Below are positions 55,976 to 64,000 of a stretch of 64,000 bases of DNA, one piece after another. Origin of the DNA: Actinomycetota bacterium (lineage in GTDB: Bacteria; Actinomycetota; Acidimicrobiia; IMCC26256; PALSA-555); contig VGBR01000002.1 in the NCBI GenBank assembly GCA_016870355.1, positions 3,893-67,892 of the forward strand. Direction: 5' to 3'. Both the position numbers and the translations under genes were made by a program. The notes under the pieces are model-generated. The model had not been told where the DNA came from, made no database searches, and worked only from the letters and a program-made list of their open reading frames with translations. How positions within the stretch are numbered: position 1 is the stretch's first letter; the number at the start of each line of letters is the position of its first letter.

Positions 55976-57330
55976 GCCGCGACTGGCCTGTTTCACCGTT
56001 GCCTCGCCGTGAGTTCCTTCGTCGCATGGGGCTCGGAACCGCGTCCGCGGTTGGCGCCGCGTACGGCCTCTCGGTGTGGGGTCCGGCCGAGCCGTCTGCC
56101 GCGACGACGCGCCACGGCAGCAACGTGGCGAGCGCTCGGGGCAAGACGCTCGTGATCGTGGAGCTCGGCGGGGGGAACGACGGACTGAACACCGTGGTGC
56201 CACTGAACGACAACCGCTACCACGACCTGCGGCCGACGCTCGGAGTCACCGAGCCCATCCTTCTGGACACGAAGCTGAGTGGAGACGAGGTGGGACTGCA
56301 CCCCAGCCTGCCGAAGCTCGCGGCGCGCTTCGACCGAGGGAACGTCGCCATCGTCGAGGGGCTCGGCTACGACGATGCCGACCTCTCGCACTTCGGCTCG
56401 TTCGCCATCTGGTGGTCCGCCCTGGGCGGAGCAGGTGGTGGCGCTGGCGGAGCGGGTTGGCTGGGTGCGTACCTCGACGGCACCGTCGGCTTCGACGACC
56501 CCTTGGCCGCGATCGGCATCGGACCGGGTCCGTCGCCCGCGCTGCGTGGCCGCGAGTCGTTCGCAACCACGATCGCGAACGACAACGGCCTCCAGCCGCG
56601 GCTGCCCAGCTGGTTGCAGGTCTCCTCCTTCGAAGCGGGGGAGTCGCTTGCGCAGGAGTGGAGTGACTTCACGCCTTCCCAGGTCGACGAGAGCACGCTC
56701 CTCGGTCAGGTCCAGCGGGCGATCGGCCTCACGGTGAAGGCCCGCACGAACCTTGCGAAGGTGCTCTCGAGCGCCGCCGAGTCCGACACCACGAGACCCA
56801 CGACCGCGGGTGTGCAGGCTCAACGCGCGCGGTACCAGGATGCGAGCGTGGCTTACTCGCTCGTGCTGGCGGCCGAGCTCGTGCAGTCATCGGCGAAGCC
56901 GCGGATCGTCTACGTCAACGGGGTGGGCGACTTCGACACGCACGAAGGCCAGAGCGCGCGTCACCCCGCGCTCCTCCAGCAGCTCGACGACGGCATCCAG
57001 GCGTTCTTCGATGCGCTTCCCGCTGCACAACACGACGACGTCGTCTTGATGACGGTGTCGGAGTTCGGTCGACGTCCGGCCGAGAACGGCAGCGGCACCG
57101 ACCACGGCACCGCGAACGTGCACCTGATCGTGGGTGGGGATGGAGATGGAGGAGTGCGTGGTGGCCGCTACGGAGAGCCACCGAGCCTCACGTCGTTGGA
57201 CAGGGCAGGCAACCTCGTGCACAGCGCCGACTTCCGTCGGCTCTACGCGACGGGGTTGCAGTGGCTCGGCGTGGACCAGACCTCTCCGATCTTGGGCGAC
57301 GACTTCGAGGCCTTCCCCGTCTTTCACTGA
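55972..57330 (+). CDS. DUF1501 domain protein (Tat-exported, sulfatase/alkaline-phosphatase-like fold)
   Basis: Has a twin-arginine signal (PRREFLRRMGLGTASAVGA) and the GDFDTHEGQ and SEFGRRP motifs. Confidence 0.8.
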   Translation: MSRDWPVSPLPRREFLRRMGLGTASAVGAAYGLSVWGPAEPSAATTRHGSNVASARGKTLVIVELGGGNDGLNTVVPLNDNRYHDLRPTLGVTEPILLDTKLSGDEVGLHPSLPKLAARFDRGNVAIVEGLGYDDADLSHFGSFAIWWSALGGAGGGAGGAGWLGAYLDGTVGFDDPLAAIGIGPGPSPALRGRESFATTIANDNGLQPRLPSWLQVSSFEAGESLAQEWSDFTPSQVDESTLLGQVQRAIGLTVKARTNLAKVLSSAAESDTTRPTTAGVQAQRARYQDASVAYSLVLAAELVQSSAKPRIVYVNGVGDFDTHEGQSARHPALLQQLDDGIQAFFDALPAAQHDDVVLMTVSEFGRRPAENGSGTDHGTANVHLIVGGDGDGGVRGGRYGEPPSLTSLDRAGNLVHSADFRRLYATGLQWLGVDQTSPILGDDFEAFPVFH

Positions 57331-57361
57331 GCCACGACCAAGCCGGCCGTAGCCTGGGTCC

Positions 57362-58432
<1,071 letters not shown>

Positions 58433-58438
58433 CTCACG

Positions 58439-59296
58439 GTGCGTTGGCCCGAGCTCCTCGCAGAGACGAAGGACGCGCTCGGCGCAAACACCGACCGCCC
58501 GGACATCGAGGCGCGCTGGATCATCGAGTCGGTGTCGGGCGCCAGCGTCCATGACCTCGCGGAAGGCCCGGTCCCGGCGCGTGCGATCGCGCGGGTGGAC
58601 GACATGGTCGATCGTCGGGGTCGGGGCGAGCCGCTGCAGTACGTGCTCGGCGCGTGGGCATTCCGCGGTCTGGAGGTGTTCGTCGATCGACGAGTGCTGA
58701 TCCCACGACCCGAGACCGAGGTCACCGCCGAGCACGCGATCGCCGCGGCTCGCGCGTGCGCGTCGACGCGCGTGCCGGTCCGGGTGGTGGATCTGGGGAC
58801 GGGGTCCGGCGCGATCGCGCTCGCCGTCGCGGCGGAGGTGCCGGACGCCGAGATCCAAGCCACCGACGTGAGCGAGGACGCGCTCGCAGTGGCGCGTGCC
58901 AACCTCGCGGGCGCGGGCACGATCGCGACCCGGGTTCGTCTCCTCCCGGGCAGCTGGTTCGATGCACTGCACAGTGACCTGCGAAGACACGTCGACGTGC
59001 TGGTCAGCAACCCTCCATACGTCGCCGAGACTGAGCTCGGGGAGCTGGCCGCCGAGGTGCGCGAGCACGAGCCGCGCTCCGCCCTGATCGCCGGGCCTAC
59101 AGGCTTGGAGGCCATCGAGCACGTGATCAGCCACGCTCCCGAGTGGCTCCGCGAGGACGGAACGCTCGTCCTCGAGCTCGCGCCGCATCAGTCCGACCAG
59201 GCCGCCGGGCTCGCACGCGCCGCGGGCTTCCACCGAGTCCGCGTGGAACCCGACCTGAGCGGCCGCGACCGAGTGCTCGTAGGCTCCCGAGCATGA
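58439..59296 (+). CDS. prmC: release factor glutamine N5-methyltransferase PrmC/HemK
   Basis: Carries the SAM motif VDLGTGSGAI and the catalytic NPPY. Confidence 0.9.
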   Translation: MRWPELLAETKDALGANTDRPDIEARWIIESVSGASVHDLAEGPVPARAIARVDDMVDRRGRGEPLQYVLGAWAFRGLEVFVDRRVLIPRPETEVTAEHAIAAARACASTRVPVRVVDLGTGSGAIALAVAAEVPDAEIQATDVSEDALAVARANLAGAGTIATRVRLLPGSWFDALHSDLRRHVDVLVSNPPYVAETELGELAAEVREHEPRSALIAGPTGLEAIEHVISHAPEWLREDGTLVLELAPHQSDQAAGLARAAGFHRVRVEPDLSGRDRVLVGSRA

Positions 59297-59517
59297 CTGA
59301 AGACCTGGATGTCGACGCGATGCTCGAGCGATTCCGCGATCGCGCCGCAGCCGTGAAGGAGCGGTCGCTCCCGCCGGTCGCGGGACCGGAACGCCAGAAG
59401 TTCGTCGCGCAGGCGGAGGTCGACTATCAGGACTTCGCGATGCTCGGCGACGCGTCGTGGGAGTTCGAGGACGGCATCCTCACGCTCGAGATCGACCTGC
59501 GTCCGACGGCCGCTTAG
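59293..59517 (+). CDS. hypothetical small acidic protein (74 aa) coupled to prmC
   Basis: The ATG at 59293 overlaps the prmC stop (ATGA). I recognise no family. Confidence 0.45.
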   Translation: MTEDLDVDAMLERFRDRAAAVKERSLPPVAGPERQKFVAQAEVDYQDFAMLGDASWEFEDGILTLEIDLRPTAA

Positions 59518-61031
59518 CCCGCCACCGCCGGCCAGCGCGGCTCGCTGGGCGTGGCGCTGTCCGGGCAGATGGACCGGTAGCGGCAGAAGCGGCAGACCAC
59601 CTCGTCGTTGACCCCGTGCCAGTCGCGCTCGGCGCGCATGTCGGTGACGACGGCGCGCAGCTCGGCATCAACGGCGGCAAGATCGTCATCATCAGGCTCC
59701 CAGGGCTCCGGATCCTCGTCGACCTCACGGGCGAGGTGCTCGTAGCGAACCCGAACCCGGAGCCCTAGCTCCGCGGCGCGTGGTGCGACGACCCATGCTT
59801 GAACTCGTGCTCGCGGATCGTCGGCGATCACATCGATCGCTCGCGCGCCGGTCTTGTAGTCGCGAACCTCGAGCGCATCACCGACACGCCACAGCGCGTC
59901 GAAGCGCGCCGACGCAACGAACACGGGTGGTTCCGGGCTCGCTCGTACCCACTCAACCTCGTGACCGAGCGCGTCGGCGTCGCGGGGACATTTCGCGACG
60001 TGGCGCCGAACCTCCGCGAAAACCCGCTCGTCGGCGCCATGGCTCTCGAGGACCTCCGAGACCGCGGCTGCGTCGCGGCATGAGCCACGTTCGTGCACGA
60101 AGCGAAGCATCTGATGGAGGTAGAGGCCGTGCGCGGTGCCGCCATCGAGATCACTCGGTGGGACGGCGAGCACGCGGTTGCCGAGCTCGCGGCGGCAGCG
60201 GTACCACGCATCGAGTGTCGTGGGGGAGATCGACAAGATCTCAGGAAAACGGTCGGCGCGGCTGCCCCACATCTTTCCGCGCACTCCGAGCGCGGGGCAG
60301 TGGGGGATGAAGGCACACGTCGTGCAGTCGCGGCCCACCTCGGCGACCGGTGCTTCGATCCTCGTGCGTACGATGTCGAGCCGCTCGTCGAGCCACGTCG
60401 CGAGGGCAGCGAGATCAGCGGGAATCGCGACCGTTGCCGTTGCGGTCGCCCCGGTGAGCAAGTCGCACCACGCGATGGTGAGCGTTTCGTCCTCGATCCA
60501 CCGAACCTGCGCGAGACGCAGGATGGCGAGCCGAGTTGCCGGCAGGTCCAATGGGCTGGCCGGTGTGTCACGGGCGCCGAACGCGAGCTGGCGCAGCTCG
60601 TGGCTTCCGTCGGCATGATGAACGCAGAGGTCGACCAGCCCTCCGAGCCGCACGTCGCGCCGGGGAAGCTCGGTGGCGTCCTCGATCGGCGCCTCGATGC
60701 TTGCGTTGTCATCGCCCCAGAGCTGCTCGTACCAGCCGACCGCGTGGGCAACGACGCGCTGCTCCTCGGCCTCGAGCGGAGGCGGGGTCGGCGGGAGAGA
60801 CCCGGTCTCGTGGAAGGTGCGGATCGCGTCGATCACCGCGGTGCGAATGCGGCCGCGTGTGAACGGATCCCTGGTGCGGGGAGCACCGGTGTACTCGCCG
60901 TGCAGTCGACGGGTGCAGAGCGAGTCGGCGTTGGTCAGGATCCACGGCGTGACCTTTGGGCGCGGGTCAGCCTCCTCGTTCGGGGCCGCTACGGCGCCAT
61001 CGGGAGCAAGGTCGTCCATGGGGAAGTGCAC
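59514..61031 (-). CDS. tandem PD-(D/E)XK (Cas4/RecB-like) nuclease-domain protein with two CX2CX5C Fe-S motifs
   Basis: The C-terminal half has RFDALW, EVRDYKTG and CRFCRYRSIC. The N-terminal half has CTRR..., LVDLC, a degenerate ELRQLAFG and CTTCAFIPHC. There is no helicase domain. It has a GTG start. Confidence 0.7.
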   Translation of the reverse strand: MHFPMDDLAPDGAVAAPNEEADPRPKVTPWILTNADSLCTRRLHGEYTGAPRTRDPFTRGRIRTAVIDAIRTFHETGSLPPTPPPLEAEEQRVVAHAVGWYEQLWGDDNASIEAPIEDATELPRRDVRLGGLVDLCVHHADGSHELRQLAFGARDTPASPLDLPATRLAILRLAQVRWIEDETLTIAWCDLLTGATATATVAIPADLAALATWLDERLDIVRTRIEAPVAEVGRDCTTCAFIPHCPALGVRGKMWGSRADRFPEILSISPTTLDAWYRCRRELGNRVLAVPPSDLDGGTAHGLYLHQMLRFVHERGSCRDAAAVSEVLESHGADERVFAEVRRHVAKCPRDADALGHEVEWVRASPEPPVFVASARFDALWRVGDALEVRDYKTGARAIDVIADDPRARVQAWVVAPRAAELGLRVRVRYEHLAREVDEDPEPWEPDDDDLAAVDAELRAVVTDMRAERDWHGVNDEVVCRFCRYRSICPDSATPSEPRWPAVAG

Positions 61032-61100
61032 GTTTCGAGGCTAACGAGCACCTGCGACAGTGCCGAGGAACACCGTTCATGCGTTCCTACACTCCAAAAG

Positions 61101-61123
61101 GTGTCCGACACGAAATGGGTGTC
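61101..61123. promoter_or_regulatory. GTGTC/GACAC inverted-repeat cluster upstream of the nuclease gene
   Basis: GTGTC-c-GACAC-gaaatgg-GTGTC lies 70-92 nt upstream of the nuclease start. It is a candidate operator. Confidence 0.3.
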
Positions 61124-61254
61124 GCCGACCGTGCCGCTCCTGTGCTGATCCCGGTGCCGTGACCGGTCATCCCCCCGTGACCGTCATCGAGGACGACCCG
61201 CCTCGTCGGCGGCGATGGCGCCTTCGCCGGCGACGGGAGACAGATCCGCGGTGG

Positions 61255-61515
61255 AACGCTGCCGGCACCGTGCTGAAGGCACCGGCGGTCGAGGAGATGG
61301 TGCAGCGCGGGATCGACGCGATCGATCTGCTTCGAGAGGACGAGCCCTACAAGCGGGCGTGGGCGCCCCACGTTCGGTCGATCATGAGCATCGAGCACGC
61401 CTACGGCGCACGTGCCAGAGGACTGCGGTCGGCCTGGGCCGCGGTGCACGGCAGCCGCAGGGGACTCCACGCGGCGCGGCCGACGATCCGGACGCATTCC
61501 GTACGGCGCACCTGA
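61255..61515 (+). pseudogene. C-terminal relic of a BioF2-like/CelD-type GNAT acetyltransferase
   Basis: The segment ...VEEMVQRGIDAIDLLREDEPYKRAWAPHVRSIMSIE resembles the fDfg.G.e.YK..Wa C-terminus of that family. The upstream part of the frame is Arg-rich nonsense with no N-terminal domain. Confidence 0.4.
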
Positions 61516-61566
61516 GCACCCACTCCTACACTGGCCGGGTCCCCGCTCTTTCGGCCAGGTGAGGTC

Positions 61567-62016
61567 ATGCGGATCGCGATCGGCTCCGACCACGCTGGCT
61601 ACGCACTCAAGGAGCACCTCAAGGAGCTCCTCGGCCGTGAAGGGCACGAGATCACGGACCTCGGGACCACCAGCGAGGAGCCCGTCGACTACCCACCCAT
61701 CTGTGCGGCGGTCGGTCGCGAGGTGGTGGCCGGGCGGGCCGATCGCGGCATCGTGCTGGGCGGAAGCGGTCAGGGAGAGCAGATCGCAGCCAACAAGCTC
61801 CGAGGGGTCCGAGCGGCCCTCTGCAACGACCTCTATACGGCTCGGTACTCTCGTCTGCACAACGACGCCAACGTGCTCTCGATCGGTGCCCGCGTCGTCG
61901 GCGTGGCACTCGCCGACGAGATCGTGCGCACGTGGTTCTCCACCGACTTCGAAGGCGGGCGTCACGTGCCGAGGGTCGAGCAGATCAGCGCCATCGAGAA
62001 AGAGGAACGAGGTTGA
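61567..62016 (+). CDS. rpiB: ribose-5-phosphate isomerase B
   Basis: [18 protein letters not shown]... and a [12 protein letters not shown] pattern. AGGTGAGG lies upstream. Confidence 0.9.
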   Translation: MRIAIGSDHAGYALKEHLKELLGREGHEITDLGTTSEEPVDYPPICAAVGREVVAGRADRGIVLGGSGQGEQIAANKLRGVRAALCNDLYTARYSRLHNDANVLSIGARVVGVALADEIVRTWFSTDFEGGRHVPRVEQISAIEKEERG

Positions 62017-63269
62017 ACGAGCCCTTGGACGCGCTCGAGCGCACAGATCCTGCGATCGCCGATGTGGTGCAGCGCGAGATCGAGCGGCAGAACACGACCA
62101 TCCAGCTGATCGCGTCGGAGAACTTCACGTCGCTCGCCGTGCTCGCCGCGCAGGGAACCGTGCTCACGAACAAGTATTCGGAGGGATATCCGGGCAAGCG
62201 CTACTACGGCGGGAACTACGTCGTCGACGACGCCGAGGAGCTGGCGCGCCAGCGCGCCTGTCGGCTGTTCGGTGCCGAGCACGCCAACGTGCAACCGCAT
62301 TCGGGTGCCAACGCCAACATGGCCGCGTACTTCGCGTTGCTTCAGCCCGGCGACACGGTCATGGGCATGCCGCTCGACCAGGGCGGGCATCTCACGCACG
62401 GCGCGCCGGTGAACTTCTCGGCGCGCCTGTTCAACTTCGTCGGGTACGGCCTCGACGACGACACCGAGCTCCTCGACTACGAGGGCATGGCCCGAACCGC
62501 GCGTGAGCACAAGCCCAAGATGATCGTGGCCGGGGCCACCGCGTACCCGCGAATCATCGACTTCAACGCGTTCCGGGCCGTCGCCGACGAGGTGGGCGCG
62601 CTGCTCCTCGTCGACGCCGCCCACATCGCGGGCCTCATCGCCGGTGGTGCACACCCTTCACCGGTGCCCGTTGCCGACGTCGTCACCTTCACCACGCACA
62701 AGACACTCCGCGGCCCGCGTGCCGGTGCGATCGTCTGCAAGGAGCAATACGCACAAGCGATCGACAAGACGGTCTTCCCGGGACTCCAGGGTGGTCCGCT
62801 CATGCACGTGATCGCGGCGAAGGCCGTGGCGTTTCACGAGGCGATGCAGCCCGAGTTCCGAGAGTACGCCGCGCAGATCGTGCGCAATGCCGGCGCGCTG
62901 GCGGAGGCGCTGGCTTCGGAGGGGTTCAGGATCGTGTCGGGTGGCACCGACAACCACCTCTTGCTCGTCGACCTCCAACCGTTCGGCGTGACCGGGAAGG
63001 CGGCGCAGGAAGCGCTGGATCGGGCCGGCATCACCACGAACAAGAACACGATCCCGAACGACCCGGAGCGCCCGTTCGTCACGAGCGGGCTCAGGCTCGG
63101 CACCGCTGCCGTCACGACCGCGGGGATGGGCGAGCCAGAGATGACCGAGATCGCGGCGTTGATGGCCCGGACCCTGCGCGCGATCGACGACGACAACGTC
63201 GCGGCCGAGGTCAAGGAGTCCTCGGCCCGCCTCTGCTCGAAGTTCACCCCCTACCCCGAGCTGGCGTGA
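62013..63269 (+). CDS. glyA: serine hydroxymethyltransferase
   Basis: Carries the PLP-lysine motif [10 protein letters not shown]. The TTG start at 62013 overlaps the rpiB stop (TTGA). The track start at 61932 is rejected. Confidence 0.93.
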   Translation: MNEPLDALERTDPAIADVVQREIERQNTTIQLIASENFTSLAVLAAQGTVLTNKYSEGYPGKRYYGGNYVVDDAEELARQRACRLFGAEHANVQPHSGANANMAAYFALLQPGDTVMGMPLDQGGHLTHGAPVNFSARLFNFVGYGLDDDTELLDYEGMARTAREHKPKMIVAGATAYPRIIDFNAFRAVADEVGALLLVDAAHIAGLIAGGAHPSPVPVADVVTFTTHKTLRGPRAGAIVCKEQYAQAIDKTVFPGLQGGPLMHVIAAKAVAFHEAMQPEFREYAAQIVRNAGALAEALASEGFRIVSGGTDNHLLLVDLQPFGVTGKAAQEALDRAGITTNKNTIPNDPERPFVTSGLRLGTAAVTTAGMGEPEMTEIAALMARTLRAIDDDNVAAEVKESSARLCSKFTPYPELA

Positions 63270-63390
63270 CACCGGTTCGACCGCGCTGCGTCTGTAGCGA
63301 GCGGATGCGAGCGGAGGACGCTCGCCAGCGAGCGAACATCCCGGAGGGCGGCGCCGGGTACGCCAGCGCCGAGAGAGCGAGCGAGTAGAG

Positions 63391-64000
63391 GTGCGCGGCT
63401 ATCTCATTGTTGCATTCGTCGGCGCGCTCGTCACGTTCCTCGCCACCTTCGGGATCAGAAGGATCGCGACACGAATAGGTGCGATGTCGTTGCCCGGACC
63501 GCGCAGCGTGCATGAGTACGTCACGCCGACCCTCGGTGGCGCGGGCATGTTCCTCGGCTTCCTCGCCGCGATCGCCACCGCCACACAGATCGAGCAGTTC
63601 GACGAGATGTTCTCGTCGTCGTCCGAGCCCCTCGGCCTGATGCTTGCCGCCGGTGTGATGTTCGTGGTGGGTGCGCTCGACGACCTTCGCGAGGTGTCGC
63701 CGCCAGCGAAGGTCGCGGGGCAGGTGCTGAGCGCCAGCTGCTTGTCGCTGCTCGGCGTGACGATGCTCTTCTTCCGCGTTCCGTTCGCGAGCTACGAGTA
63801 CGTCGTCCTGTCACCGAACTGGGCGGCGCTCGTGACCGTGCTCACGGTGGTGCTGCTCGCGAATGCGCTCAACCTGATCGACGGGCTCGATGGGCTCGCG
63901 GCCGGCATCGTGATCATCAGCGGCATCGCGTTCTTCCTCTATTCAGACCGGCTGTTCAAGGCCGGACTGCTCGACGGTTCCAACATCGCACCGCTCGTGG
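63391..64000 (+). CDS. WecA/Rfe-type polyprenyl-phosphate GlcNAc-1-phosphate transferase (MraY/GT4 family), 3' end outside window
   Basis: My own translation from GTG 63391 gives VRGYLIVAFVGALVTFLATFGIRRIATRIGAMS...VGALDDL...ANALNLIDGLDGLAAG. It is open to the window end. The position before the atp operon is conserved in actinobacteria. Confidence 0.75.
   Translation, partial: MRGYLIVAFVGALVTFLATFGIRRIATRIGAMSLPGPRSVHEYVTPTLGGAGMFLGFLAAIATATQIEQFDEMFSSSSEPLGLMLAAGVMFVVGALDDLREVSPPAKVAGQVLSASCLSLLGVTMLFFRVPFASYEYVVLSPNWAALVTVLTVVLLANALNLIDGLDGLAAGIVIISGIAFFLYSDRLFKAGLLDGSNIAPLV

Noticed and set aside
61085-61135. An SOS (LexA TCGAAC-N4-GTTCGA) or PafBC/RecA-NDp (TGTCRGTG-N8-TANNNT) promoter upstream of the nuclease gene.
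   Set aside because: No LexA-box-like sequence is present. The minus strand has TGTCGGAC, but it lacks the GTG end and has no TANNNT at the required 8-nt spacing.

Overview
This is a dense, visibly high-GC chromosomal segment of actinobacterial type. Lineage markers are WhiB, the Bpa proteasome activator, a class E sortase, a PdtaS-like kinase and the DUF3107-ArsA-ArsA synteny. I call about 65 CDS, one tRNA-Arg(CCG), two gene relics and several repeats and regulatory sites. I see no rRNA, CRISPR array, transposase, integrase or prophage.

Layout from left to right:
- 1.7-8.2 kb: a complete, translationally coupled System I cytochrome c maturation operon (ccmABCDEFGH plus a TPR CcmI-like gene).
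- 8.2-11.3 kb: cyclophilin and aconitase. The aconitase gene is preceded by a perfect 70-bp tandem repeat.
- 11.7-19.2 kb: an Fe-S neighbourhood. It holds an ATP-grasp gene plus a B12-domain radical SAM gene with a CCAEP tail, then NfuA-like, DUF169, a cysteine desulfurase, an ArsR/SufR-like regulator and Mrp/ApbC.
- 19.2-27.5 kb: a conserved actinobacterial block of DUF3107, two ArsA-like ATPases, PdtaS, a TetR regulator with an ABC-2 exporter, and WhiB.
- 27.7-39.9 kb: housekeeping and lipid genes (GlpQ, DAG kinase, family-5 UDG, TauE, dapA, an MFS transporter), then a tight minus-strand operon that starts at the tRNA-Arg and ends with Bpa and a class II DAHP synthase.
- 40-64 kb: a backbone syntenic with M. 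tuberculosis Rv1292-Rv1302 (argS-lysA-hom-thrC-...-rho-rpmE-prfA-prmC-...-wecA). It is interrupted three times.
  - thrB is replaced by SDR, PQQ-dehydrogenase and ApgM-like genes.
  - An HNH, DUF1800 and DUF1501 block lies between rpmE/DUF1385 and prfA.
  - The sua5 slot holds a tandem Cas4-like nuclease, a GNAT relic, rpiB and glyA.

Nothing here looks like a classical defence or mobile island. The candidates I consider most worth following up are:
- the orphan ATP-grasp plus CCAEP-tail radical SAM pair;
- a dispersed hairpin element family that is tandemly amplified in the aconitase leader;
- the double Fe-S PD-(D/E)XK nuclease;
- the HNH/DUF1800/DUF1501 insertion;
- the ApgM-type replacement of thrB.

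All family assignments come from motif recognition by eye and from memory. No searches were run.
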